NCBI GenBank assembly: GCA_963719315.1
Contig: CAVRBU010000003.1
Coordinates: forward strand, 224,001-288,000
Source: an uncultured Planctomycetota bacterium
GTDB taxonomy: Bacteria > Planctomycetota > Planctomycetia > Pirellulales > Lacipirellulaceae
DNA: 64,000 nucleotides
Direction of reading: 5' to 3'
Made by a program: the position numbers and the translations under genes. Shown here piece by piece: positions 43,202 through 53,913 of this stretch; the first letter of the stretch is position 1; each line of letters begins with the position of its first letter. Below the pieces are notes generated by a model. That model did no database searches, was not told the DNA's origin, and saw only the letters and a program-made list of their open reading frames with translations.

Positions 43202-43475
43202 GTTAATTGCCTTCTATCGTAAAAAGGTGAAGCTAATAGGAACCATTCATACAGCACTCAAATTGTCTACCCCGCATTCATCGACATTTCGATAACCACC
43301 CCAGCGGGTCGGCAGGCGGTCGAGATGGTGCTGCATTAGCAAACAGACTCCAAAGATTGCGGCAACCACGTGGTTTATATTGCTTCTTCTATTTCCGACG
43401 ACTGACTGAATCCGCTCGTGGTCTTCTCGGACATCAATCGTTATGAGCGTGAGGGGCGGAAAAACTATCTTTTGA

Positions 43476-44375
43476 TTACTTGCGGCGACGGCGTGCAAAG
43501 AAGCATGCCGCACCGAGGGCAAACAAGGCTGCCGACGCTGGCTCCGGAACAACGGACGAGCCAAGACCTGAACCAGCACCACCCGACGGAGCCCCAATGT
43601 TACCAAGTACGGTATTAAAGTCGGTCAAGTCGGTTGTGCCTGTGCCGTTACCGTGGAAATTCCCGTCCGTCCAAGTTACGCCGATACCGATTTTCGAGAG
43701 CACTTTGTTAAAGTCAGTCAGATCAACGCCGCCCGTCAAGTTGGTATCGCCAGGGGTCGCTGTCCGAGAGAAAGAGCCGGTGAAACTATCGTAATTGGCC
43801 GATGTGGTGGCACCGGTCACTTCGGCGACACGCCCTGCACCCGCATAGGCACCCAACATCTGCAGGGTGGTTGTGCGGAGGGCAGTACTGGATGTTGGAC
43901 TCGTGGCGGTCGGACCCTTGGTGATGACGCGAATGTAATCGTGTGGGCCGACGGTGTTAAAGTCGATACTACCCAGGGCCGAGAAGACCGAATTTGGATT
44001 GTTGCCAGGGACATTTACCGTGCAACCAGACGCACAGTTCGTTTGAACGCCTTCTGGATTATTATTCGTTCCGGTTCCGGGAAGCTCCCAACCAAAAATC
44101 GAAGTGCCTGGGTTGATTGTATCGAAATTATTGCCGGCACCGGTGCTCAGGTTCGTTGCGCTTTTCAGCGTCGAAACATTTTCTTTGAAGCCCAACTCGG
44201 CCGCCAGGGGCGAACTGCCGGTGGGAACCGGATTCGTGTTCGATACTTGAACATTCCAAATCCAATTGCCGGATCCGTCCAAGCCGCCGTTGGTCACGGA
44301 GACCGATGGCGTAGCAAACGCCGGCGAGGCCAGGACACACACTAAACCCGCGGATACTAAATTCTTCCAGGACAT
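43476..44375 (-). CDS. PEP-CTERM protein with dockerin-like repeats
   Basis: Signal ..ASPAFA; PGDTNLTGGVDLTDF and DGNFHGNGTGTTDLTDF; VPEPASAALFALGAACFFARRRRK. Confidence 0.92.
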   Translation of the reverse strand: MSWKNLVSAGLVCVLASPAFATPSVSVTNGGLDGSGNWIWNVQVSNTNPVPTGSSPLAAELGFKENVSTLKSATNLSTGAGNNFDTINPGTSIFGWELPGTGTNNNPEGVQTNCASGCTVNVPGNNPNSVFSALGSIDFNTVGPHDYIRVITKGPTATSPTSSTALRTTTLQMLGAYAGAGRVAEVTGATTSANYDSFTGSFSRTATPGDTNLTGGVDLTDFNKVLSKIGIGVTWTDGNFHGNGTGTTDLTDFNTVLGNIGAPSGGAGSGLGSSVVPEPASAALFALGAACFFARRRRK

Positions 44376-44911
44376 TAGATTTTCTCCACCCTCTTAGATA
44401 AAGAATCAGATCAAAGTTGCTGAGCTCAGCTTCGTTGTGAAAGGTGTCGGGTGTCAGGCGGCGGTTGTCAGAGGGACTGAGTTGCGACGACTGAACACTG
44501 ACTCATCTCACGTGCGATTGAAACTCCCCGCGCAATGGCGCGACATAAAAGGACACACGGACGATTGCTTACCGAAACCTCATACAAGCGATAGCGGGCG
44601 AACGGTTTGCCTTCTCCACCTGCTCTGTTTTTTCTGCCCCGCATGCCCCGACGAGAGTTTCGAAAACCTTAGTGCCGGATTCGACGATCAAGCTACGGGC
44701 TCGCTCACCGAACCGAGTAGTGAAAAGGAAATCTTCACTACCTTGAGGCATTATGCTCGCGGTTTTCTGGGCTGTCAAGCAGTTTCTCACTCTATTAATC
44801 GTTTTTTCTTGGGAAATTCTTAGGTGGTCAAAAAGGCCGAAAAACACGGTAAAAAATGCGGTATCGGTCCAGGTTCCCCAGGCCCAAAGTGGCTCCGCTT
44901 CGCGCAAAAAA

Positions 44912-45964
44912 CTATCTCCAGGTCGCTGTGCGGGTGGACGAACGGGGCAGCCGCCGGCTCTGGAATCGCGCCGGCACGATGGCGGGAAGCAGGCGACGCC
45001 GCGGATTGCGGGCGATCATCAACATTCCTAGCACGCCCACCGCGAGCAGAGCGCCGCTCATCGGCTCGGGAACGACGCCGGTGGACAGGCTTCCACCACT
45101 GCCTGCGCCGGCGGGCAAGCCGAAGTGAGCGCGCCACAAATTGTAGTCGGCCGCGTTCACCATTCCGTCGCCGTTGCCATCGGCGCCGGTGCCCATCGGC
45201 ACTGACGTTCCATTCTGTTTGCGCCAGATCACATAGTCGGCGGCATCGACGATGCCGTTGCGGTTGTAGTCGGCGGACTCCGTCGAAAAGTTCGTGCGGA
45301 CGATGGTGGTGATCGTCGTGGCCAGCGCGATGTCGCCGAAGGTCGTCGCCGAGCCGAGTGAAGTAAAGACGTTCGCGTTGTTGCCGGCGGCGAAGGCGGG
45401 CGTGACGTTCGTCAAGAACGCGCCGCTGAGCAAGCGGGCCGCGGTGTTCCAGGTTGCATCGCCAAACGGATCGGGCGTGTTGGCCCAGGGAGAATCGATT
45501 GGATTCGTGAGCGACGTGAGCGAAGGGCCTTCGGACGTCGTGCCCATCGGTTGCGTGGGATAATTCGGCGAGCCGTTGGCGAATTGACCGACGCCGTAGA
45601 ACGCGCCCTGCTGTTCGCCGGGACCGAGGGGGTCGATCGCAGCCTGGCCGATGGTGAAATTTGGAAATGTGGAGTTGACGAAGATGTTGAAGCCGGCCGG
45701 ATCGTTGCCATTGACGGTCGCCCGCGGCGCGCGGAGCGCGGCCGAGGCGATGTTCTGCAAATGAAGATTGGCGCCGGCGAGACCGAAGTTGCTGCTCTTG
45801 GCGACCAGCTCCCAGGTGCCGCCCGAATTCACGTTCGAGGGCGTGGCGTAAAAGACGTTGAGACTGAAATTGACGGTTTGAGCCGGGGCCGCGGCAGGAC
45901 CGAGGGCGACTAATGCACAGGCGCATAGACTGGCAGCGAGCACGATTGTTCGAGCACCGAACAT
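44912..45964 (-). CDS. PEP-CTERM protein with dockerin-like repeats
   Basis: ADYNRNGIVDAADYVIWRK and ADGNGDGMVNAADYNLWRAHFG; VPEPMSGALLAVGVLGML. Confidence 0.9.
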   Translation of the reverse strand: MFGARTIVLAASLCACALVALGPAAAPAQTVNFSLNVFYATPSNVNSGGTWELVAKSSNFGLAGANLHLQNIASAALRAPRATVNGNDPAGFNIFVNSTFPNFTIGQAAIDPLGPGEQQGAFYGVGQFANGSPNYPTQPMGTTSEGPSLTSLTNPIDSPWANTPDPFGDATWNTAARLLSGAFLTNVTPAFAAGNNANVFTSLGSATTFGDIALATTITTIVRTNFSTESADYNRNGIVDAADYVIWRKQNGTSVPMGTGADGNGDGMVNAADYNLWRAHFGLPAGAGSGGSLSTGVVPEPMSGALLAVGVLGMLMIARNPRRRLLPAIVPARFQSRRLPRSSTRTATWR

Positions 45965-46928
45965 GCCTGAATTCTCCGACGCCGTGAGGCGAATTGAGGG
46001 CGTCCGCAACCCTCGCGGGGCAAAGCCGAAAGGCGTGCCTTCGACGACCCAGTGTCGAAGCCGTGGCGCGTGGGCCGGGAGCGGCGATTACCGGAGTCGA
46101 GGGCGATTCGGCTTTTTGAATCTGTTCCTGGGCGGCGGGGCCGGCGACGGCCCGCAGCCAACGTGCGGCAATTGGCAATCTCGCCACAGTACCTCCAGTG
46201 TACCAAGGATGGGAAGCGCGGCAAGAAAAATCGCGATTTTGGCAGGAAAGCTGGAAAGTTGAGGGGTGAGGGGCGAGGGTTTAGGGGCGATGTAGGGGTG
46301 GGCGGTGGGCGGGCTAGTGGTGGTGTGATGGTTGGAGGTGGATTCGGTCTGGGGACCGACGCCAATTCGACGCTAATATTTGGGTGCGCGAGGGCGTGCG
46401 GTGTTGGGATCGCGGCGAGATGGGCTTAATGTTTCGCTGATTGCTACGACGCGAACTTCGTGGCGAAAAAAATGTTTGGCGGCGCGCGGAATTCCGAAAA
46501 TTGGTTTGCATCGCCACCTGCGAATTTGATAAGTAGGAGTTGTTGTGATTCTTGTCTCAGCTAACTTCTGTTACCAATCAGAAAGGAGGAATACTAAACG
46601 TCGTATCGGATTAGTTCGCGTCCTCTATTTGATTTTGGGAGGGCGCGGGCGACTGCCGATGAAAACGTGGCCGCTTGTGAATCGAATTTGCGAACCATGC
46701 GTCAGCGTCTTCGACCCGCCGAACTATGTGCTGGCCTCGCTGCGGAGGCGAATGCGAGTTTCAGAGAAACTCGAGTACGATAGGTGGTGTAAGAGTCGAT
46801 CGCTGTCGCCCCAACGGGCATCGCGCAAGTCGTTCAGGAGGACCATGGGCACCATCGGCATGCGACCGCGCACGTTATTCCGAATGACCCCGAGGTGAAA
46901 ACACTTATGGATGAAATCGAGCAGACTT

Positions 46929-46964
46929 AGCCCGTCCTACCGTGTGGTGGGGCGGGCTTTTTTC
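46929..46964 (+). terminator. Rho-independent terminator
   Basis: AGCCCGTCCTACC-GTGT-GGTGGGGCGGGCT followed by a T-run. Confidence 0.75.
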
Positions 46965-47031
46965 GTTGGGGGCTATTGAAGTTCGCTTGTCAATCGAAGG
47001 GTGGCACCGACTAAAAAAAGAGGGTAACGGC

Positions 47032-47258
47032 GTAGGGTGGCACTGGCTCTGCCAGTGCTTCCTTTGCCACACCCCTGCTGCCCATTGCCAGACTTTAACT
47101 AATTGAACCTAAAGGCTCGGGCGTAGAGTGTAGCAAGCTAGTGCAAACTCGTTCGGCCGCAACAGCAACTCTGGTGCGTTCGTCTCAGCGACGTCTTTCA
47201 TACAGGCTAGTCGGACGAGTGATAAACCCGTCAACCACTGGCAAAGCCAGTGGCACCC
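47032..47258. repeat. Inverted REP-like pair GGGTG(G/C)CACTGGCT(C/T)TGCCAGTG
   Basis: Arms at 47035-47057 and 47236-47258, each internally palindromic. Confidence 0.7.
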
Positions 47259-47300
47259 AAACGATTGACGATCAGGCTAAAGGCCGGATGATGGAAGCGT

Positions 47301-50075
47301 ATGGCCGAATTGAAGACGATTTTGTTTACGGATATCGTCCGCTCCGTGGACCTCAAGGGCGAGATGCCGGGGCACAGCGATACGGAGCGCGACCTGGCGT
47401 TTATCGAGCAGATTTTGATGCCGCATCGGCAGCGGATCGAGGCGCGGCTGGCGGCCCTCGGCGGGCGGGTGGTTTCGACGGCCGGCGACGGCCATTTGCT
47501 CGTGTTTTCCGATACGATTTCGGCCGCGCGGTGGGCCGTGGAAATCCAGCGTTCGCATCGCGATGAGCCGATTCATACGCCCAAGGGGCACTCGGTCGAG
47601 GTGCGGATCAGCATGCACCTGGGCATCCCGCAAATCGACCCACACGACGCGAATAACTTCATCGGCAAGCCGGTGGACTACGCGGCCCGGTTGAGCGACT
47701 ACGCCACGGGCGGGCAGATCCTGGCTTCGCGGAGCGTGGTCGCCGTGCTGGAAGACGCCGGCATGGACGGCGTCTCGTTTCACAGCCACGGGCGGCGGGA
47801 GTTGAAGGGGATCGGGCGGGTCGAAATTTATGAACTAGTGTACGGCAGCGAGGGACCGCACGCGATGCGGCCGCAGCCGCGAGAGAATCTTTCGCGACAG
47901 TGGACCGTGTTGCCGCCGATGACGGGGTTGACGGAATTTCGCGATCCGCCGTATCGCGAGCGTGGCCGGGATCGAGCGCATCAAGCGCCGAGCGCGTCGG
48001 CTGCGGCTCGACCGCAGCCGCCCACGGATGTCGTGCCGATGCGGTTGGGGAACTATGAGTTGGAGCGGCGGTTGGGCAGCGGCGGGATGGGCGACGTGTT
48101 TCGCGCGCGGCACTCGCAATTCGGGCGCGTGTGCGCGGTGAAGGTCATCAAGCAGCAGTTCATCGACGCGGGGCACGACGAGGTCATCCGCCGTTTCTAT
48201 CAAGAGATCAAGGCAGTGGGCGCGCTGGAGCATCCGAACATCGTGGTGGCGATCGATTCGTCGTCGCCCACGGATGCGGTGCATTATCTTGTTATGGAAT
48301 ACATCGAGGGCGTTGCGGCGGATGAATTGGTCGCGCGGCATGGGCCGCTGGCAGTGGCGGACGCCTGCGAAATCGCGCGGCAGGCGGCGCGGGGGTTAGC
48401 GTATATCCATCGCAACGGCATGGTGCATCGCGATATCAAGCCGTCGAATTTGATGCTGACGCTGGTGCGCGGCGAGGAAGCGGGGAGCGGCGCGTAAGCC
48501 GCCAGCGGCGGGGGAGCCGCAGGCGGTGGTGAAGATTCTGGATTTGGGGCTGGCGCTGTTGGTGGGTGACGACCAGCAGCGGCTCACCGTGTTTGATAAC
48601 CGGGCGATGGGGACGGCAATGTATATGTCGCCGGAGCAATGGAAGACTTCCAGCGTCGATATTCGGGCCGATATCTACAGCCTGGGCTGCACGCTGTATC
48701 ACCTGCTGGCCGGGAAGCCGCCGTTTTGGGAATCGGATTTGAAGCCGGAAAAGGCCCACGAGCGCGAACAACTTCCGCCGATCGCGACCGCCGAGTCGAT
48801 TCCGAAACCGCTCTGGGAAACGCTGCGGCGGATGACGGCCAAGAACCCGGCCGATCGCTTTGCCTATCCGGCCGAGGTGATGGCGGCGCTCGCGCCCTAC
48901 GCGGAAGGCAACCATTTGGCGGAGTTGGTGAGCGGCGCGGTGGCGCCGCGCCGCGGTCGCGGACGCACCCGATGACCAGAACGGAAACGCTCGTGGCCAA
49001 AAGCGCCGAATCGGATACGCGGACCCGAACGAATCCCAGTTGGGGCGTGCCGCGGACGTTGTCGCCCGGCTCGCGGCAACGACTGCGCAATGCCGCCATG
49101 GCGTGCTTCACGCTGGTCGCCGTGGCGGCGATCGGTTGGCTAGTGTGGCAGGCGACCGCACGACGGGAATCGGCGGAGGAAGCGCTGCAAGCTCGGCAGC
49201 ATACGCTGCAAGTGGCGGCCAAGTTCGCGGCCAGCGAAATCCGCAAGGAAATCGACCTGCGGTTCGACACGCTCAGCCGCATCGCCGCGGAGGATGAGCT
49301 GCGGCAGCAGATGGTCGAGATCAAGAATCGGCCGAGCGATACGGCGCTGTGGAAGCGGTTGGATGAATGGCTTGGCACTCGCAAGGCGGACAACAACGCC
49401 AAGGTAGCCTCGGATAGTTGGTTCATCGACGATGCGCGGGGCGTGCAGGTCGCGCGCAGTCCACGCAGCGAAGCAAGTCGCGGCGAGAATTATGCGCACC
49501 GCGATTACTTTCATGGCCAGGGCGCCGATCTGCCGGCCGATACTAAGGACTTGAAGCCGATCGTGTCGCCGCACCTTTCGGCCGTGTACCGCAGCACGTC
49601 GACGGGCCATTTGAAGGTGGCATTTTCGGTGCCGATCGAGAACGGGAAGAAGGGGAAATTGCGGGAGGTCGTCGGCGTGCTGGCGATGAGCGTCGATTTG
49701 GGGGAGTTCAATGTGTTGGAAAAGGAACTGCCGCCAGGGCACGAGGTGGTGCTCATCGACCTGCGCGAAGCGACGATCGACGGCCAAACGCGGCGGGGCT
49801 TGATCCTGCATCACCAGACGGAAATATCGTATCGCAAGGGACACCCGCCGCCCTGGATCGACAGCGAGCTCATGGCCCGGATCGATAAGCTCATCGGCAA
49901 CGCGGATTCCGAGGGCTTGGATCACGCCGCGATGTTGACCAATTATCGCGACGATGCACTTACGAACGGGAAATTGTATTGGGGAGCGCTTCAACCCGTG
50001 CTCGATCGGAGATCCGAGGAGTCGGCGCACGATATTCGCTGGTTGGTGCTGGTGCAGGAGCCGGTCAAACCGTAG
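47301..50075 (+). CDS. Fusion of class III cyclase-like domain, Ser/Thr kinase, TM and Cache-like sensor (frameshifts near 48490 and 48950)
   Basis: ILFTDIV..AGDG..MHLG..AARL; LGSGGMGDVF, HRDIKPSN, then KILDLGLA, GTAMYMSPEQW; a TM segment, then NYAHRDYF..SAVYRS..VAFSVPI..GVLAMSVDL. Confidence 0.8.
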
Positions 50076-50131
50076 CGGAATTCGCAAGAATTCCGCCTCC
50101 GCGAGATGAGTCTGAAGTCTTGCGACTTCAG

Positions 50132-51193
50132 CTACGGGTTTTGCGGCGCAGGCGCCGGCGCGCGGCAGAGGATCCACTGCACGACGCCGGCCAGTAGATG
50201 TTGCATAAGCGTGGCCAGCACGATCAGGAGAATCGCCAACGGTTGTTCGCTGAGGACGGCGCCGGCCAGGATCAGCGCCAGGCCGGTGTGCTTCATGCTC
50301 AGACCAAACATCAGGGCGGTGCGTGTTTCGGGCTGCAGCCGGAAAATGCGGGCGATCAACCAGCCCAATGCGATTCCGATCGCGGCGAGGCTTGTGGCCA
50401 AGATTGCCGTGGCGACGAGCAGCGACCGCGGCGCGTCGTAGGCCTTCGGCAGTGCCAGCACGGAATTGAGGTAATTCAACAGCAGCAGCGCCGCGGCGCT
50501 CGCCAGCGCGAGCCAGGAACGGGCTGGCTCGACGCGCTCGGCCGTAAGCAGAGACCGTGCTGCGAAGCCGGCGGCTGTGGGCAGAATCACCCAGACGATG
50601 AAAAACACGCCGGAAAATCGGCCGACGAGGGCTTCGATATCGTGCTGACTGTTGGCCAGCCGCATGCCCAGGAAATTCAGCAAATGGGGCGTGATCCACG
50701 GGCTGAGCAAAATGCTGAGGACGACCAGCGCCAGTCCAAGGCCAAGATTTCCGCCCGCACTTTGCGTCCAGCCGATCGACGAATTGGCGACGGGCATCGA
50801 GGCCACCAGCGCGATCGCGACGAGCAGGCCGGCCGGCGATTGACCGCCGAGGGCCGCCGGCATCAACCAACCGGCGACGAGCACCAATAGCGCCGGGCCT
50901 AACCAGACGGCCGCCAAAGCCACGAGCAAAACGAACGGGTGCCGCGATACGACGCGGACCTGTTTCAAATCTGTCAGAATCGCCGCGATGAAAAGCATCA
51001 CGGCAAGCAGCAGCAGAGACAACAGCGGCGAATTCGCAAAATCGGGCGACGACCACTGCCAGCCGCGAAGGGCGACGCCCGGAGCGGGGCAAAACGCCGC
51101 CAGCGCGTAGCAGGCGATGAGCAGCCACAGAAAGTGACGCCGCACGAAGCGGGCGGCGCAGGCACCGATGTCGGTTGGATCGTGATCGATCAC
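50132..51193 (-). CDS. Bile acid:sodium symporter (BASS) family transporter
   Basis: About 10 TM segments; SMPVANSSIGWTQSAGGN and FGLSMKHTGLAL. Confidence 0.88.
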   Translation of the reverse strand: MIDHDPTDIGACAARFVRRHFLWLLIACYALAAFCPAPGVALRGWQWSSPDFANSPLLSLLLLAVMLFIAAILTDLKQVRVVSRHPFVLLVALAAVWLGPALLVLVAGWLMPAALGGQSPAGLLVAIALVASMPVANSSIGWTQSAGGNLGLGLALVVLSILLSPWITPHLLNFLGMRLANSQHDIEALVGRFSGVFFIVWVILPTAAGFAARSLLTAERVEPARSWLALASAAALLLLNYLNSVLALPKAYDAPRSLLVATAILATSLAAIGIALGWLIARIFRLQPETRTALMFGLSMKHTGLALILAGAVLSEQPLAILLIVLATLMQHLLAGVVQWILCRAPAPAPQNP

Positions 51194-51221
51194 GGGTTGA
51201 TTGCGAATGATTGGATGTTTA

Positions 51222-51413
51222 GTAGGTCCCTTCTGCCGGAAGGGACCTGAGCGAATTCAAAACGTCGCAAAGCAGGTTCAGGTCCCGCTCGGCAAGCGGG
51301 AGCCACTTCATAAGCATAGGAAGGGGCGCGCCATTTTCGATTGCCGGAAAGGAGCTTAACGAATTCACATCGTTGGAAACAGGTTCAGGTCCCGCTCGGC
51401 AAGCGGGACCTAC
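51222..51413. repeat. GTAGGTCCC-type REP doublet plus an extra REP
   Basis: REP at 51222; inverted partners near 51280 and 51388-51413. Confidence 0.85.
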
Positions 51414-52213
51414 TTTTTCAAATCGTCCAGAGCGCGGCGGAGTTCGCTGGCCGTCGTATCGAAATTAGCGATTGCAGCGGCCAGGTTTCGCTTGAGATTG
51501 CTTACCTCTTCGCGGAGTGTTTCCAAATCGGCGGCGGCATGAACACTGGGAGCGCTGCCGGCAGGTGCTGGTCGCGGGGGCGACGGTGAATGCGCCTGTG
51601 CCGGACGGATCGGGGCGGCGGTTTCCGCCTCGTCCGAGGCTGATTCGAAATGGGCGGCGCCGGCTTCGCGACGAACCTTTTCCAGTTCGCGGTCGAGGTA
51701 CAGCGCGTGGGTGACGATGCAGCCGCGGCCGGGCGGCGTCAGAAATTGGATCAGGCCCTTCGCGGCCAGGGAATCGAGCGTTGGCTGCAGCTCGCCCAGG
51801 TCTTTGATCGGCTCCATGCGCGCGGCCCGGCCGCGCAGCTCGCCGACGGTTTGGGCCCCGCGCAACAGCAACTCGGCCATCACGGCCAGCTCGACCTTTT
51901 CCACTCCCAACCATTCGTAGGCCAAATGGCGATACCGGTCCACGCGGCTCGTCCCCTGCACTTGCGTCAACGCACCGGATTTCCGCAGCGATTCGCAGGC
52001 GTCTTCGACCTGCGACTCTTCGAGCTGCATCAGCGGCGCGCGGTTATTCTTCTGGTTGCACCCGGTGCGAAGCGCATTGATCGAAAGCGGATACGCTTCG
52101 GGCGTGGTCTTGGCTTTTTCGACGAGTACGCCGAGCACGCGGCGCTCGATCGATTCGAGAGGCCGCCAACGTCGCGCAGCGGGGGCATCCGAAGATGAAA
52201 GGTCGGTTGTCAT
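51410..52213 (-). CDS. YceH/DUF480 family protein
   Basis: ERRVLGVLVEKAKTTPEAYPLSINAL..CNQKNNR, LLLRGAQTVGELRGRA. Confidence 0.92.
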   Translation of the reverse strand: MTTDLSSSDAPAARRWRPLESIERRVLGVLVEKAKTTPEAYPLSINALRTGCNQKNNRAPLMQLEESQVEDACESLRKSGALTQVQGTSRVDRYRHLAYEWLGVEKVELAVMAELLLRGAQTVGELRGRAARMEPIKDLGELQPTLDSLAAKGLIQFLTPPGRGCIVTHALYLDRELEKVRREAGAAHFESASDEAETAAPIRPAQAHSPSPPRPAPAGSAPSVHAAADLETLREEVSNLKRNLAAAIANFDTTASELRRALDDLKK

Positions 52214-52277
52214 TCGACCAGTGTAGGCTGCTCGCTCGGCGAGCAGAAGATCCGCTCGCGGAGCGAGCGGGCTACGC

Positions 52278-53033
52278 TCAATGCGGCGGGCCAGTGGGAG
52301 CGGGCTTGTTCGCATCCTCCAGCGATAGGACGAGCCACCGCGCCCGCTCTTCCCCAGGGAGTTTCGCGCGCTCCACCAGGAGCGACAGCTCGACCGGGTG
52401 GGCGTCGCCGCCCGTGGCCGATTTCGGCGCGATCTCGTACTGCTGACGCACGTAAACTTGGTAAAACGACTTGGAATCGTAAGACACGTTGCCCTTCGGG
52501 CGAATCTCGGCATCGGCGCCGGCGGCGACCAGCGCTTTCGCGACCGGCAGCTCCTTAAATGCTTCGTAGGGCGTGATTTTCGGCGGCGGCTCACCGGACT
52601 CGGGCGACCGTGGAGGTCGCGTGGAATCCAACGTCAGGCGGAAGCCGCGATCGGTCTTGCCGTTGAGCATCAAGTCGATCCATTCGCGGGCAAATTGGTC
52701 GGCCTGACGGGTACGCATGGCGCGAAGAACAAGAACTCTTGTGACCGGCGCCAAGACAAACACGACGCACAAGATCAAGCCGGTCACGGCGGCCCAGCGG
52801 CCTGCCAGGGCGCCGTCGCTGGCCGCAATTTGGCGGAGCGCGAGGATCGCGACGGCGATGCCCACGAGTGGGATGACCATCAGCAAGACGGCTCCGAAGC
52901 ACAGCGGAGAGGCCAAGCCGAGGATCAAGCCGATGATCGCCAGCACGCTGAACGTGCGGTATTCAACGACTTGCTCCGGATCGTCGTCGTGAAACGCCGG
53001 CGCGGAAACGTGGGATGAAGTGCCTGTGGCCAT
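52278..53033 (-). CDS. DUF4190-like membrane protein
   Basis: SVLAIIGLILGLAS...ALRQIAAS.G.LAGRWAAVTGL. Confidence 0.75.
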   Translation of the reverse strand: MATGTSSHVSAPAFHDDDPEQVVEYRTFSVLAIIGLILGLASPLCFGAVLLMVIPLVGIAVAILALRQIAASDGALAGRWAAVTGLILCVVFVLAPVTRVLVLRAMRTRQADQFAREWIDLMLNGKTDRGFRLTLDSTRPPRSPESGEPPPKITPYEAFKELPVAKALVAAGADAEIRPKGNVSYDSKSFYQVYVRQQYEIAPKSATGGDAHPVELSLLVERAKLPGEERARWLVLSLEDANKPAPTGPPH

Positions 53034-53192
53034 ATCGTATCTATTGTAAGGCGAGCGGCACCGAGTTTGGGAGGCCTGACTGAGATTGGCCGGGCAGTAA
53101 AGGAAATTGTGGGAGGCTTCTCCGAGGCCGATAACGCGCTACGATTTGCCAACCCCATCGGCGTCGAAGACGCCTCCCACATGGATCACCCG

Positions 53193-53819
53193 CTACGGAC
53201 CGCCGCGTTTGACGATCATCGATGGAGCCTTCTCAAACGCCGCACGATGATTTTGATAGGCTCCTACCCATCCGGCGACCCCTTTGTTTACGAAGTCCTG
53301 ATTATCACTGTTGCCAAAGCCGAGCGCATTCTTGCCTGTCATTGTCACAAAGAACCGTAGCCAAGCGACATCAGGCTGGGTCATCCTTGAGGCCGAATTG
53401 ACGTCATACACAAGCTTTCCGCCGAAGGCATCCTTGTACATAGGCGCCATGTGGAGCGTAGCCATCGTAAACGAGGCCAAGACCCAGGCGGCGAGGATGC
53501 CGATGATGGGCCCGGCCCACGAATCGATCGGGTTCTTGAACCGCAGCTTGGTTTTGGAGAGTGCCGCGGTGAGCGAGCGCGTGACGATCATGGTGGCGCA
53601 GAACAGGGCCCAGACGATGCAGAAGTCGAGCCAATACGTGTGCTGGCCGCTGGTGACTTCTTCATCCAAGTAGACGACGATCGGGGAATAAAACCCGAAC
53701 GCCACGAGTCCGCTGAAGAAGATATTCACCAGCGTGATCGTATTGCTCCAAACGCCTTCGCGGACCGTCATCGCGATGCCGGCGAAAATAGCGATGAAGA
53801 AGATGATCCAGTACCACAT
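53193..53819 (-). CDS. CvpA-family membrane protein
   Basis: Four TM segments; REGVWSN..., IDSWAGPIIG. Confidence 0.75.
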   Translation of the reverse strand: MWYWIIFFIAIFAGIAMTVREGVWSNTITLVNIFFSGLVAFGFYSPIVVYLDEEVTSGQHTYWLDFCIVWALFCATMIVTRSLTAALSKTKLRFKNPIDSWAGPIIGILAAWVLASFTMATLHMAPMYKDAFGGKLVYDVNSASRMTQPDVAWLRFFVTMTGKNALGFGNSDNQDFVNKGVAGWVGAYQNHRAAFEKAPSMIVKRGGP

Positions 53820-53913
53820 AGATTTGTCCGTTGTTCGTTGTCCGTTGTCCGTTGTTCGTTGTCCGTTGTATGGTCTCTTAGCATGGACTACGGACCACGG
53901 ACAACGAACCGCT

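Noticed and set aside
46010..46045. c-di-GMP riboswitch-like GGCAAAGCC-GAAA-GGC
   Set aside because: Wrong strand for the adjacent gene, and no recognisable second stem. An Infernal search would be needed.
49140..51128. 662-aa minus-strand ORF
   Set aside because: Alternative frame of the symporter plus antisense of the Cache domain; Arg/Ala-rich with no motifs.
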